From Vicinamibacteria bacterium (lineage in GTDB: Bacteria > Acidobacteriota > Vicinamibacteria > Vicinamibacterales > UBA2999), in contig JAICEG010000002.1 of assembly GCA_025924295.1 (NCBI GenBank), positions 1-35,613 of the forward strand: DNA of 35,613 nt. Reading direction: 5' to 3'. Every line of letters starts with the position of its first letter. Position 1 is the stretch's first letter. A program made the translations under genes and the position numbers. The notes below the pieces were generated by a model, which was given only the letters and a program-made list of their open reading frames with translations, was not told where the DNA came from and did not search any database. Shown here one piece after another: positions 27,945-35,613 of this stretch.

Positions 27945-28184
27945 GTGACCCGTCACGAACGAGAGCAGTTCCTCAAGCTCCTGCAGGCGCACGCCCAAAC
28001 CGTGGCGATTGGTGAAGCGTGCGCGGCAACAACCCGCGATCTGGCGACCGAGGTCGCCAGGGGCGGTACGCCCGATCGGAACGATCTGATGGCCACGATC
28101 GACGAAGCCGAGCGCGCGCTCAAGGATCTCGCCGGGGTGCGCGAGGAGGTCGAACGGCTGCTGGCATCGATCGGGTCCGGCTGA
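27945..28184 (+). CDS. Hypothetical small helical protein (79 aa)
   Basis: GTG start 10 nt after the AIM24 stop. GC3-rich codons. Predicted helical or coiled (..IDEAERALKDLAGVREEVERLLASI). The longer track ORF 27459..28184 overlaps the AIM24 gene out of frame. Confidence 0.45.
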   Translation: MTRHEREQFLKLLQAHAQTVAIGEACAATTRDLATEVARGGTPDRNDLMATIDEAERALKDLAGVREEVERLLASIGSG

Positions 28185-28187
28185 AGC

Positions 28188-28252
28188 CGGACACTACTCG
28201 CGCCCTGGCTGCAGACGGACACTACGTACAACCGGAGACTAGAATTGTCTCC
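28188..28252 (+). promoter_or_regulatory. Direct repeat CGGACACTAC x2 plus palindrome GGAGAC-N7-GTCTCC just upstream of the SDR operon start
   Basis: CGGACACTAC at 28188-28197 and 28216-28225. GGAGAC at 28234-28239 and GTCTCC at 28247-28252, ending 2 nt before ATG 28255. Confidence 0.3.
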
Positions 28253-28254
28253 GC

Positions 28255-29265
28255 ATGCGTACTCCTGTCACCCTGGTCACCGGTGCCAGCGGCGAGATCG
28301 GCCACGGCCTGATCACCCGCTTGGCCGGCACCGGGCGCCCGATCGTCACGATCGATCTCGCGCCGCTCGATCCCTCCCTGCACCGGCTCGTCCTGCGTGA
28401 GTTCACCGGCTCGATCACCGACAGCACACTGCTCGAGCGTGTACTGGCCGAGTTCGAGGTCGATCTGATCTTTCACCTCGCCGCGCTGCTCTCGACGCGT
28501 GCGGAGTTCACGCCGATCACCGCACACCACGTGAACGTCGACGGGACCCTCACGCTACTCGAGTTCGCCCAGCGCGAGGGCGAGTCGCACGGGCGCACGG
28601 TGCTGTTTCTCTATCCGTCATCGGTGGCCGCCTACGGGCTCCCCGATCTGCAGACCAAGGCGAGGGTCGGGCGCATTCGCGAGGACGAGTGGAATACGCC
28701 GCGCACGATGTACGGCTGCAACAAGCTGTACTGCGAGCACCTCGGTCGCTACTACGCGCGGTTCTACAAGCAGCTCGCGGCGCATGCGACCGGGCGCGTC
28801 GACTTTCGCAGCGTCCGCTTTCCCGGTTTGATTTCCGCCGTGACGATGCCTGCGGGTGGCACCTCCGACTATGCGCCGGAGATGATTCACGCCGCCGCGC
28901 GCGGCGAGCCCTACACCTGTTTCGTGCGCCCCGATACGCGCATCCCGTTCATGGCGATGCCCGACGCCATCTCCGCTCTGCTCGACCTCGCGAAGGCGCC
29001 GCGTGAGAACCTGACGAGAACCGCGTACAACCTCACCGCCTTCAGTCCCACCGCGCAGGAGATCCACGACGCAGTCGTTGCCGCCTTTCCCGGCGGGGTC
29101 GTGCAGTGGACGACGGACGAGAAACGACAGAGTATTGTCGATTCGTGGCCCCAGGACGTGGACGACGGGGCCGCCCGCCGCGACTGGGGCTTTGCGCCGG
29201 TGTACGATTTCAGCTCCGCGTTCGAGAAGTACCTGATTCCCAATGTCAGGGAGCGCTATCGATGA
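28255..29265 (+). CDS. NAD-dependent epimerase/dehydratase (extended SDR, L-threonine-3-dehydrogenase-like)
   Basis: VTGASGEIG Rossmann motif, catalytic YGCNK (YxxxK), and VRFPGLIS as I recall from SDR-type threonine dehydrogenases. Confidence 0.8.
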   Translation: MRTPVTLVTGASGEIGHGLITRLAGTGRPIVTIDLAPLDPSLHRLVLREFTGSITDSTLLERVLAEFEVDLIFHLAALLSTRAEFTPITAHHVNVDGTLTLLEFAQREGESHGRTVLFLYPSSVAAYGLPDLQTKARVGRIREDEWNTPRTMYGCNKLYCEHLGRYYARFYKQLAAHATGRVDFRSVRFPGLISAVTMPAGGTSDYAPEMIHAAARGEPYTCFVRPDTRIPFMAMPDAISALLDLAKAPRENLTRTAYNLTAFSPTAQEIHDAVVAAFPGGVVQWTTDEKRQSIVDSWPQDVDDGAARRDWGFAPVYDFSSAFEKYLIPNVRERYR

Positions 29266-30548
29266 GAGTCCTCAGTGCGCTGGTGCTCGGCCTGTTTGTC
29301 GTGCAGGCCGCGGAGAACGAGACGATGAACGATCTGGCTGAGCGCTACGTGAAGCTGGTGCTGGCGCTCGGCCAGCACGATGCCGACTACGTCGACGCCT
29401 ACTACGGTCCTGCCGGGTGGAAAACGGAAGTCGAGCAGACCAAGCGACCTCTCGCCGACATCGGCCGCGATGCGGCGGCAGTGAACGCAGCGCTGGTGGC
29501 CGTGAAGCCGGCCGCCCAGGCAGAGGAAGCCGTCCGCCTGCGTCACGAGTACCTCACAAGGCAGCTGAGCGCGCTGCGTGCCCGCGTGTCGATGCTGGAA
29601 GGAAAGCGATTCACCTTCGACGAGGAGTCCAGGGCGCTCTACGACGCGGTCGCCCCCACGCACACCGAGAGCGAATTCGATGCTGTTCTCGCAGAGCTCG
29701 ATTCACGGTTGCCTGGGCCAGGGTCTCTCAGCGAACGGGTCGACAAGTTTCGATCGCAGTTCGTCATCCCGAGGGATCGCCTCGACGCCACGTTCACGGC
29801 GGCGATCGATGCCTGCCGCAGCCGGACGCTCGCGCACCTGTCGCTGCCGCACGAAGAGAGCTTCACCGTCGAGTACGTCACCAACAAGAGCTGGTCGGGC
29901 TACAACTGGTATCAGGGGAACTATCGCAGCCTCATCCAGGTCAACACCGATCTCCCTATCTTCGTGGACCGGGCCATCGATCTCGCATGCCACGAGGGGT
30001 ACCCTGGGCATCACGTGTACAACGTGCTGCTCGAGAAAAGTCTGGTGCGCGATCGTGGGTGGGTCGAGTTCTCGGTGTATCCGCTGCGATCGCCGCAGTC
30101 CCTGATCGCGGAGGGCTCGGCCAACTACGGCATCGACATCGCGTTCCCGCGGCCCGAGCGGATGGAACTCGAACGAAAAGTCATCTTCCCGTCGGCCGGC
30201 CTCGACCCGACGGGGGTCGATACCTACTACGCCGTGCTCAGCCTGACCGACCGCTTGTCGTATGCCGGCAACGAAGCGGCGCGCCGGTACCTGAACGGTC
30301 AGGTCGACGCGGCTGCCGCCGCCAGGTGGCTCGAGCGGTACGGGCTCTACTCGGCGCCGCGGGCACAGCAGCGTATCCGGTTCATCGATCAGTACCGGAG
30401 CTACGTGATCAACTACAACCTGGGCAAGGACATGGTCGCGCGATATATCGAGGCAGAGTCGGGTGGTGCGAGCGACGCCGGCCGGCGTTGGGACGTGTTC
30501 ACACGACTCCTCTCATCCCCCCGATTGCCCTCGGGTCTGGCCCGATGA
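29262..30548 (+). CDS. Secreted DUF885-like putative zinc metallopeptidase-fold protein
   Basis: Signal peptide MRVLSALVLGLFVVQA. HEGYPGHH motif plus a downstream AEGSANYG (Glu ligand candidate). ATGA overlap with the SDR stop. Confidence 0.65.
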   Translation: MRVLSALVLGLFVVQAAENETMNDLAERYVKLVLALGQHDADYVDAYYGPAGWKTEVEQTKRPLADIGRDAAAVNAALVAVKPAAQAEEAVRLRHEYLTRQLSALRARVSMLEGKRFTFDEESRALYDAVAPTHTESEFDAVLAELDSRLPGPGSLSERVDKFRSQFVIPRDRLDATFTAAIDACRSRTLAHLSLPHEESFTVEYVTNKSWSGYNWYQGNYRSLIQVNTDLPIFVDRAIDLACHEGYPGHHVYNVLLEKSLVRDRGWVEFSVYPLRSPQSLIAEGSANYGIDIAFPRPERMELERKVIFPSAGLDPTGVDTYYAVLSLTDRLSYAGNEAARRYLNGQVDAAAAARWLERYGLYSAPRAQQRIRFIDQYRSYVINYNLGKDMVARYIEAESGGASDAGRRWDVFTRLLSSPRLPSGLAR

Positions 30549-31531
30549 TCTGCGTCGAGATCACTCGTCCGGGCGGCCCCGAAGTACTCGTGCCGGTCGA
30601 GCGCCCAGACCCAGTCCCGGGTCCCGGAGAGGTGCTCATTCGCGTTGCCGGTGCTGGAGTCAATCGGCCGGACGTACTTCAGCGTCGAGGCGTGTATCCA
30701 CCGCCGCCGGGTGCCAGCGACATCCCCGGGCTCGAGGTGTCCGGGACGATTGCTGCGATGGCTGCGGACGTCCGGCAATGGAAAATCGACGATGAGGTGT
30801 GCGCGCTCGTCGCCGGCGGCGGTTACGCGACCATGTGCGTGGCGCCGGCGCGCCAGTGTCTTCCCAGGCCACTGAACGTAGACCTCGTTTCGGCCGGCGG
30901 TATTCCCGAGACGTTCTTCACCGTGTGGACGAATGTCTTCGAGCGCGGCCATCTTCGCGCAGGGGAAACCGTGCTGGTGCACGGCGGCTCGAGTGGAATC
31001 GGGACCACGGCCATTCAACTGGCGACGGCGCGCGGCGCGACGGTTCTTGCCACGGCCGGGTCGGACGAGAAGTGCCGCGCCTGTGAAGACCTCGGCGCGA
31101 AGCAGGCGATCAACTACCGCACGGCTGACTTTGTCGAGGCTGTGCGCGAACTGACCGACGGTAAAGGTGTCGACGTGATTCTCGATATGGTCGGCGGCAG
31201 CTACGTGAGCCGGAACCTCGAGGCGCTGGCCCCCGACGGCCGGCTGGTCGGGATCGGGTTCATGGGGGGAGAATCAACCGCATCGATCGATCTCCGTCGC
31301 ATCCTGGGCCGCCGGCTGACGCTGACCGGTTCCCTGCTCCGACCGAGGACAGTGCAGGAGAAGGGGCAGATCGCTGCCGCACTGCGCACCGAGGTCTGGC
31401 CGCTGCTCGATCGCGGAGTGGTCAAGCCGGTCGTCCATCAGGTCTTTCCGCTGGCCAACGCCGCCGACGCGCACCGTCTGATGGAGTCTGGCGATTATGT
31501 CGGCAAGATCGTGCTCGCCGCGCGAACGTGA
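30545..31531 (+). CDS. NAD(P)H:quinone oxidoreductase (zeta-crystallin / PIG3-type MDR)
   Basis: GEVLIRVAGAGVNRPD, PGLEVSG and VHGGSSGIGTTAIQLA. ATGA overlap with the upstream stop. The upstream part of track ORF 29417..31531 is out of frame with a better gene. Confidence 0.88.
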   Translation: MICVEITRPGGPEVLVPVERPDPVPGPGEVLIRVAGAGVNRPDVLQRRGVYPPPPGASDIPGLEVSGTIAAMAADVRQWKIDDEVCALVAGGGYATMCVAPARQCLPRPLNVDLVSAGGIPETFFTVWTNVFERGHLRAGETVLVHGGSSGIGTTAIQLATARGATVLATAGSDEKCRACEDLGAKQAINYRTADFVEAVRELTDGKGVDVILDMVGGSYVSRNLEALAPDGRLVGIGFMGGESTASIDLRRILGRRLTLTGSLLRPRTVQEKGQIAAALRTEVWPLLDRGVVKPVVHQVFPLANAADAHRLMESGDYVGKIVLAART

Positions 31532-31580
31532 GAAAATCGGGCCCCGGCCGCCAACACAGGCCGCATGAACGGACCGTACC

Positions 31581-34500
31581 GTGACAGCTTCGACCGGCGA
31601 TCCGATGGTGGGGCGGACGATCGCCCAGTATGACGTCCTGGCACGCATAGGCGGTGGCGGGATGGGCGTCGTCTATCGTGCGCGCGATAACCGGCTTGGC
31701 CGCACCGTCGCGCTGAAGTTCCTTCCCCCGCAGTGGAGCCACGACGAGGACGCGCGCCAGCGATTCATCCGGGAAGCGCAGGCCGCGTCGGCGACCAATC
31801 ATCAGAACATCTGCACCGTCCACGACATCGAGACCGCCGATGACGGCCAGCTCTTCATCGTCATGGCCTACTACGAGGGTCAGACGCTGAAGCAGCGACT
31901 GGCGTCCGGGCCGCTTCCCGTCGAGGAGGCGCTCGACATCGCCACGCAGCTTGCCGACGGCCTCACCAAGGCACATGCCCAGAGCGTCGTGCATCGGGAT
32001 GTCAAGCCGGGCAACGTGATGCTGACCGAGGATGGTGTTCGCATCCTCGACTTCGGTCTCGCGACGTTCGCGGATGCGCTCAAGCTCACCGTCGAGCATT
32101 CAACGTTGGGGACCGCGGCCTACATGTCTCCCGAGCAGGTGCGCGGGCAGAGCGCCGATGCGCGGTCGGATGTGTGGGCCGTGGGTGTGATTCTCTACGA
32201 GATGCTGACGGGTCACGTCCCGTTCCAGGGCTCGCATGCGGAAGCGATCGCATACGCGGTGCGGAACGAAACGCCGGCGCCTGTGCGGGCCTCTCGTCCG
32301 GAGATAGGTGAAGAGGTTGAGCAGCTCGTATTCCGCGCGCTGCACAAAGAGCCGGCCGTGCGATTCGCGAATGGCCGGGAGCTGGCTCGCGCGCTACGCA
32401 TGGCAAGAGGGTATTCGATTCCGCTCGACTTCCGCACCGAACCTGTGCCGGTAACGAAAGTCTCAGAACGCAGAGTCGAGAACAAGCGGCGCTCGAAGCC
32501 GTGGGTTGCTGCGACGGTGGCGACGCTCGCAGTGGTCGCGACGCTCGCGGTCTGGTTGGCATGGCCGGTCAGTCGAAGAACGATCGTCGTGGCGCCGTTC
32601 GGCAATCAGAGCGGTGACTCCGACCTGGAGCAGTATCGCCTTGCGCTGACGCAGACACTCACGTTGTCGTTGCGGGATGCGCGTGATTTGCAGGTCGTCC
32701 CCTACAGCCGGGTGCTGGAGGTCCTGCGTCGGTTCATGCGTCAGGAGTCAGATGTCTCCAGCCGTGACGCGATCGACGCGATCACCGCTGCGACGGGCGC
32801 CGAGCTGGTGGTCGTGCCGACCTTGCTGCGCGACGGCGGCGCCTGGCGGGCTCGCGTCGAGCTGCGCGATCCACGCACATCGAGCAATGTGTGGGAGCAC
32901 GAAACGACCCCGGAGGTTTCGTCGCTGACACGCGACGTGGCATATCGATCGGCGACGCTGCTTGCCGAAGACATCGAGTCACATCTCGAGAGTCGTCGAA
33001 CAAACGTCATCGACGGGTTGCGGAGCGTGTGGCCATGGAGCGGTGAGGATCGCGCCGGGCGCTGGCAGTCCATTGATATTGCCAGGGCCTTCGCCGACGG
33101 GACCGCCTGGTACGAGGATTTCGAGTACGCGCGGGCGCGTGAGGCGTTTCAGGCGGCGTCAGGTCTGGATGCGCGCAACCCGGTTCTCCTGGCGTGGGTC
33201 AGTCGTACGGCGCAGCTCGTCAGAGGTGAAGACGAGGCGACCGAAACCGCCGATCGGGCGGTATCGCTGTTGACATCGCGAACGCCCCGCGTGGATGCGT
33301 TGTTTGTACAGGCGGTTGCCGCCGAAGCCCGACGGGATGTTGCGGCCGCCGAGAATCTTTATCGCGCATTGACACGCGAGCGGCCAGACGATCCGACGTG
33401 GGCCATGGAGCTCGGTGGGTTTCTCGATCGCCAGGCGAGAAACGCGGATGCGGTGTCGGTGTATCACACCGTCCTGGGCATGAACGATCAGCTGCCGCGT
33501 CCGCAGCTGGAGCTGTGTCGACTGTACAGTCCCTCTCGTCTCAATGAGCCGGTGGAAGCCAGGAGGTACGGTGAGGCGGCACTGCGTGGCTACGGCGCCG
33601 TGGGGGCTCGGGCAGGCGAAGGCCAGAGCCTGTTGTGCCTGACCGATACGCTCGCGGTTGGAAACAACGACGAACGCAGCCTCGCGCTCGCGCATGCTGA
33701 GACGGCGCGTCAGATCTTCGACGAGCTTCGATACGATTTCAGCGCGGCGCGCGCGGACTACTACCGGGCGCTCATGGCTGCAACGCGCGGGCAGTTTGCC
33801 GAATCCATCGCCATCGGAGAAAAGGCGCTGAGCCTGGCGGAGAAAGCCGGGAATGCGCCGGCGCGGGCCATCATTCTGTTCAATCTTGGCGCCGCACACG
33901 TTTCAGTTGGTAACTATCCGACTGGCGGAGACTTCTACCTGCAGGCCTACAAGCTTTACCAGTCGTGGCGTGATGAGGCTCGCGCGGCGCAGATCCAGGC
34001 GAATCGCGGCGCCATGCTCATCGATCACGGCGGCGCGGACGAAGGCGTCCTCGACATCAAGAACGCCCTGGCGGTGTTCGAGAGGCTCGGCGATCGGCGG
34101 TTTCAAACGTTTTCCCTGCGGGCGCTTGCGACTTACTACCGCAATCAGGGCCGCCTCGGTGATGCGACACGCGAGCTGAACCGAGGATTGGCGATAGCGC
34201 GCGAGCGGAATCTCGCAGACAACGTCACGATCATGACGACGCTGCTGGCGCTGACACAATTCGACGGAGGGGACTACGATGCCGCGCGTCGTTCTCTCCT
34301 CGAGGCGCTCAAGGGTGGAACGGGTCGGAGGAGCACAGAGGCGCGAATACGTCTGGCTCGAACCTGCGTCTATCTCGGAGACCTGCAGACCGCTGACTCG
34401 GAACTTCAGCTGGCCGAGCAGGAGCTCACACGCTCACCCAACGAGGCCCTGAGCTCTTTGTGGTGGCTGGTGCGCGGTGAGTTGTCTCGCGAATCGAAGC

Positions 34501-34991
34501 GACCGACGGACGCTCGCGCCGCCTTCGAGCAGGCGTCGGCCTCGTGGGCGGGGACTCTGCCGGAGCCACCCGTTGTTGAGGCTCGTGCCTACCTTGGTTT
34601 CATGCTGATGGACGAGGGCAGAGGTGACTCAGGTCGCCCGTTGCTCGAATCGAGCATCGATGCTGCCCGGAAGCTGGCCAACCGGGCGCTCGAAGCGCGT
34701 GGCCGCCTGCTCCTGGCCCAGGCAGCCCTGTCGCGTGAACGACTGAATGAAGCGGCAGAGGCACTCGACGCGATTCCTTCGGATGACGCCGCGCAGACGA
34801 TCGGACTCGAATTGCGGGCAGAGGTCCTTTTGGCGCGGGCACGGCTCGAGACCGCACGGGGCGACGCCGACGCTGCTGCGCGCAGCACGGATGCCGCCAG
34901 GGCATCGATACGTGAAATGCAGAACCGGCTGCCGGAGAACTATCGCCAGATGTTCTCGATGCGGCAGTTAACGCAACGAGCTGGGCTCTAG
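31581..34991 (+). CDS. Hanks-type Ser/Thr protein kinase, one TM helix, TolB-N-like module and long TPR region
   Basis: GGGGMGVVY...VALK, HRDVKPGNV, DFGLA and GTAAYMSPE. TM helix PWVAATVATLAVVATLAVWLAW. Then VVAPFGNQSGDSDLEQY... followed by about 700 aa of TPR-like helical repeats. ATG 31605 is an alternative start to GTG 31581. Confidence 0.9.
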   Translation: MTASTGDPMVGRTIAQYDVLARIGGGGMGVVYRARDNRLGRTVALKFLPPQWSHDEDARQRFIREAQAASATNHQNICTVHDIETADDGQLFIVMAYYEGQTLKQRLASGPLPVEEALDIATQLADGLTKAHAQSVVHRDVKPGNVMLTEDGVRILDFGLATFADALKLTVEHSTLGTAAYMSPEQVRGQSADARSDVWAVGVILYEMLTGHVPFQGSHAEAIAYAVRNETPAPVRASRPEIGEEVEQLVFRALHKEPAVRFANGRELARALRMARGYSIPLDFRTEPVPVTKVSERRVENKRRSKPWVAATVATLAVVATLAVWLAWPVSRRTIVVAPFGNQSGDSDLEQYRLALTQTLTLSLRDARDLQVVPYSRVLEVLRRFMRQESDVSSRDAIDAITAATGAELVVVPTLLRDGGAWRARVELRDPRTSSNVWEHETTPEVSSLTRDVAYRSATLLAEDIESHLESRRTNVIDGLRSVWPWSGEDRAGRWQSIDIARAFADGTAWYEDFEYARAREAFQAASGLDARNPVLLAWVSRTAQLVRGEDEATETADRAVSLLTSRTPRVDALFVQAVAAEARRDVAAAENLYRALTRERPDDPTWAMELGGFLDRQARNADAVSVYHTVLGMNDQLPRPQLELCRLYSPSRLNEPVEARRYGEAALRGYGAVGARAGEGQSLLCLTDTLAVGNNDERSLALAHAETARQIFDELRYDFSAARADYYRALMAATRGQFAESIAIGEKALSLAEKAGNAPARAIILFNLGAAHVSVGNYPTGGDFYLQAYKLYQSWRDEARAAQIQANRGAMLIDHGGADEGVLDIKNALAVFERLGDRRFQTFSLRALATYYRNQGRLGDATRELNRGLAIARERNLADNVTIMTTLLALTQFDGGDYDAARRSLLEALKGGTGRRSTEARIRLARTCVYLGDLQTADSELQLAEQELTRSPNEALSSLWWLVRGELSRESKRPTDARAAFEQASASWAGTLPEPPVVEARAYLGFMLMDEGRGDSGRPLLESSIDAARKLANRALEARGRLLLAQAALSRERLNEAAEALDAIPSDDAAQTIGLELRAEVLLARARLETARGDADAAARSTDAARASIREMQNRLPENYRQMFSMRQLTQRAGL

Positions 34992-35019
34992 ATGATCGAT
35001 TGATCAAAGGGAGGCTTCG

Positions 35020-35325
35020 ATGGGTGACGCAGAGTTTGCCGGCGGCGGCAGCGTGACATGGTCGATCAACCACTCCGATGGGGAATCTTGCCAGCGGCAC
35101 AAGCACAGCGCTAGCGGTGCCAAAGGCAAGGACAAGTGTCCGAGGACCGAGTCTGGTCTGTTCGTCATTACCGTCACGGGACAGGAACCAATCATCGTGC
35201 CGGTGAAGGGAACAACGGTTCGCGTCGTTTGGGGAGACGTGTCGGAGAACGGAGTGGTCTCGACTCCGGCGAAGACGAAGGGCGCGAAGCGGAAGGTGAC
35301 CAAGGCGAAGACCGTGACGGCTTGA
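35020..35325 (+). CDS. Small protein, paralog 1 (101 aa) with a Lys/Thr/Ala-rich basic tail
   Basis: SD AGGGAGG lies 5 nt upstream. Sits 28 nt after the kinase stop. The N-terminus is shared with the next gene. C-terminal tail is TPAKTKGAKRKVTKAKTVTA. Confidence 0.75.
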   Translation: MGDAEFAGGGSVTWSINHSDGESCQRHKHSASGAKGKDKCPRTESGLFVITVTGQEPIIVPVKGTTVRVVWGDVSENGVVSTPAKTKGAKRKVTKAKTVTA

Positions 35326-35403
35326 ACCGACGCACACGGCGCTCGACTCACGACTCTCGTCGCCCTGAAAGCGATTTCGAAGCACGCGAGTGTTCGGTCC
35401 TGA

Positions 35404-35425
35404 GGGTGGATGTCGTTATCCACCC
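35404..35425 (+). other. Perfect 8-bp stem / 6-nt loop hairpin between the two paralog genes
   Basis: GGGTGGAT (35404-35411), loop GTCGTT, ATCCACCC (35418-35425). No U-tract. It ends 22 nt upstream of the paralog-2 SD. Confidence 0.3.
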
Positions 35426-35459
35426 GGTATAGGCTCAACAATAGAGTAGGAGGTCATGG

Positions 35460-35613
35460 ATGGGCGATGCAGAGTTTGCTGGTGGCGGGAGTGTCGATTG
35501 GCAGGTCACGAACTCAGACGGTGAGTCTGGCGGAGGTAACAAGAAGCAGTGCAAGGGGAAGGACAAGGATCCCAAGGGCGAGGATGGCAGTTTCGCCGTC
35601 ATCGTGAATGGAA
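35460..35613 (+). CDS. Small protein, paralog 2 (3' end cut by window edge; not in the ORF track)
   Basis: AGGAGG (35448-35453) lies 6 nt before ATG 35460. My translation is MGDAEFAGGGSVDWQVTNSDGESGGGNKKQCKGKDKDPKGEDGSFAVIVNG..., which aligns with paralog 1. Confidence 0.7.
   Translation, partial: MGDAEFAGGGSVDWQVTNSDGESGGGNKKQCKGKDKDPKGEDGSFAVIVNG

Noticed and set aside
29417-30544. N-terminal 376 codons of the 704-aa plus-strand ORF (29417..31531)
   Set aside because: This part is out of frame with, and fully overlaps, the DUF885-like gene. Quinone-oxidoreductase homology begins only at ATG 30545, which makes an ATGA overlap with the upstream stop.
35020-35052. The GGG in MGDAEFAGGG as a double-glycine bacteriocin/RiPP leader cleavage site
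   Set aside because: A 10-aa leader is far shorter than known double-glycine leaders. No C39 peptidase-ABC exporter or modification enzyme is adjacent, and the conserved part extends past the GGG.

Overview
High-GC chromosomal segment of about 35.6 kb. It is probably from an Acidobacteriota genome: it carries an ADOP-type duplicated orphan FtsX permease, a Hanks kinase with a long TPR tail, and many spurious antisense ORFs typical of high GC. I support 33 protein-coding genes, two of them cut by the window edges. Most are housekeeping or generic: mreB, 2Fe-2S ferredoxin, TerC, rsgA, a tandem-cyclophilin PPIase, dinB, dut, an M16 peptidase, ettA, a UbiD-like decarboxylase, an MsbA-like ABC exporter, apaG and a quinone oxidoreductase. 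I found no rRNA, tRNA, CRISPR array, transposase or integrase, so the window looks like core chromosome rather than a mobile island. All family calls come from motifs I recognise in the translations; no database search was run. Six things deserve a second look. (1) Two tandem, clearly paralogous small-protein genes sit directly downstream of the kinase-TPR gene; their N-terminus (MGDAEFAGGGSV.W) is conserved and the nucleotide differences in its first 12 codons are all synonymous. (2) A cluster of a DUF533/TerB-like protein, a GYF_2-AIM24 fusion and a small helical protein; the DUF533 protein has a PLPPLP linker that could be the GYF ligand. (3) A canonically spaced sigma-54-type promoter in front of a TonB-dependent receptor / YfiR-like (DUF4154) pair with no cognate cyclase or kinase nearby. 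(4) An FHA-GAF-PP2C phosphatase plus STAS partner-switching pair with no switch kinase. (5) A 4x tandem 24-bp repeat at the TerC/hydrolase junction. (6) Several start-region oddities: a 34-bp divergent region that may give leaderless transcripts, divergently overlapping 5' coding ends of dut and the M16 peptidase, and a 30-bp tandem duplication of the apaG start.
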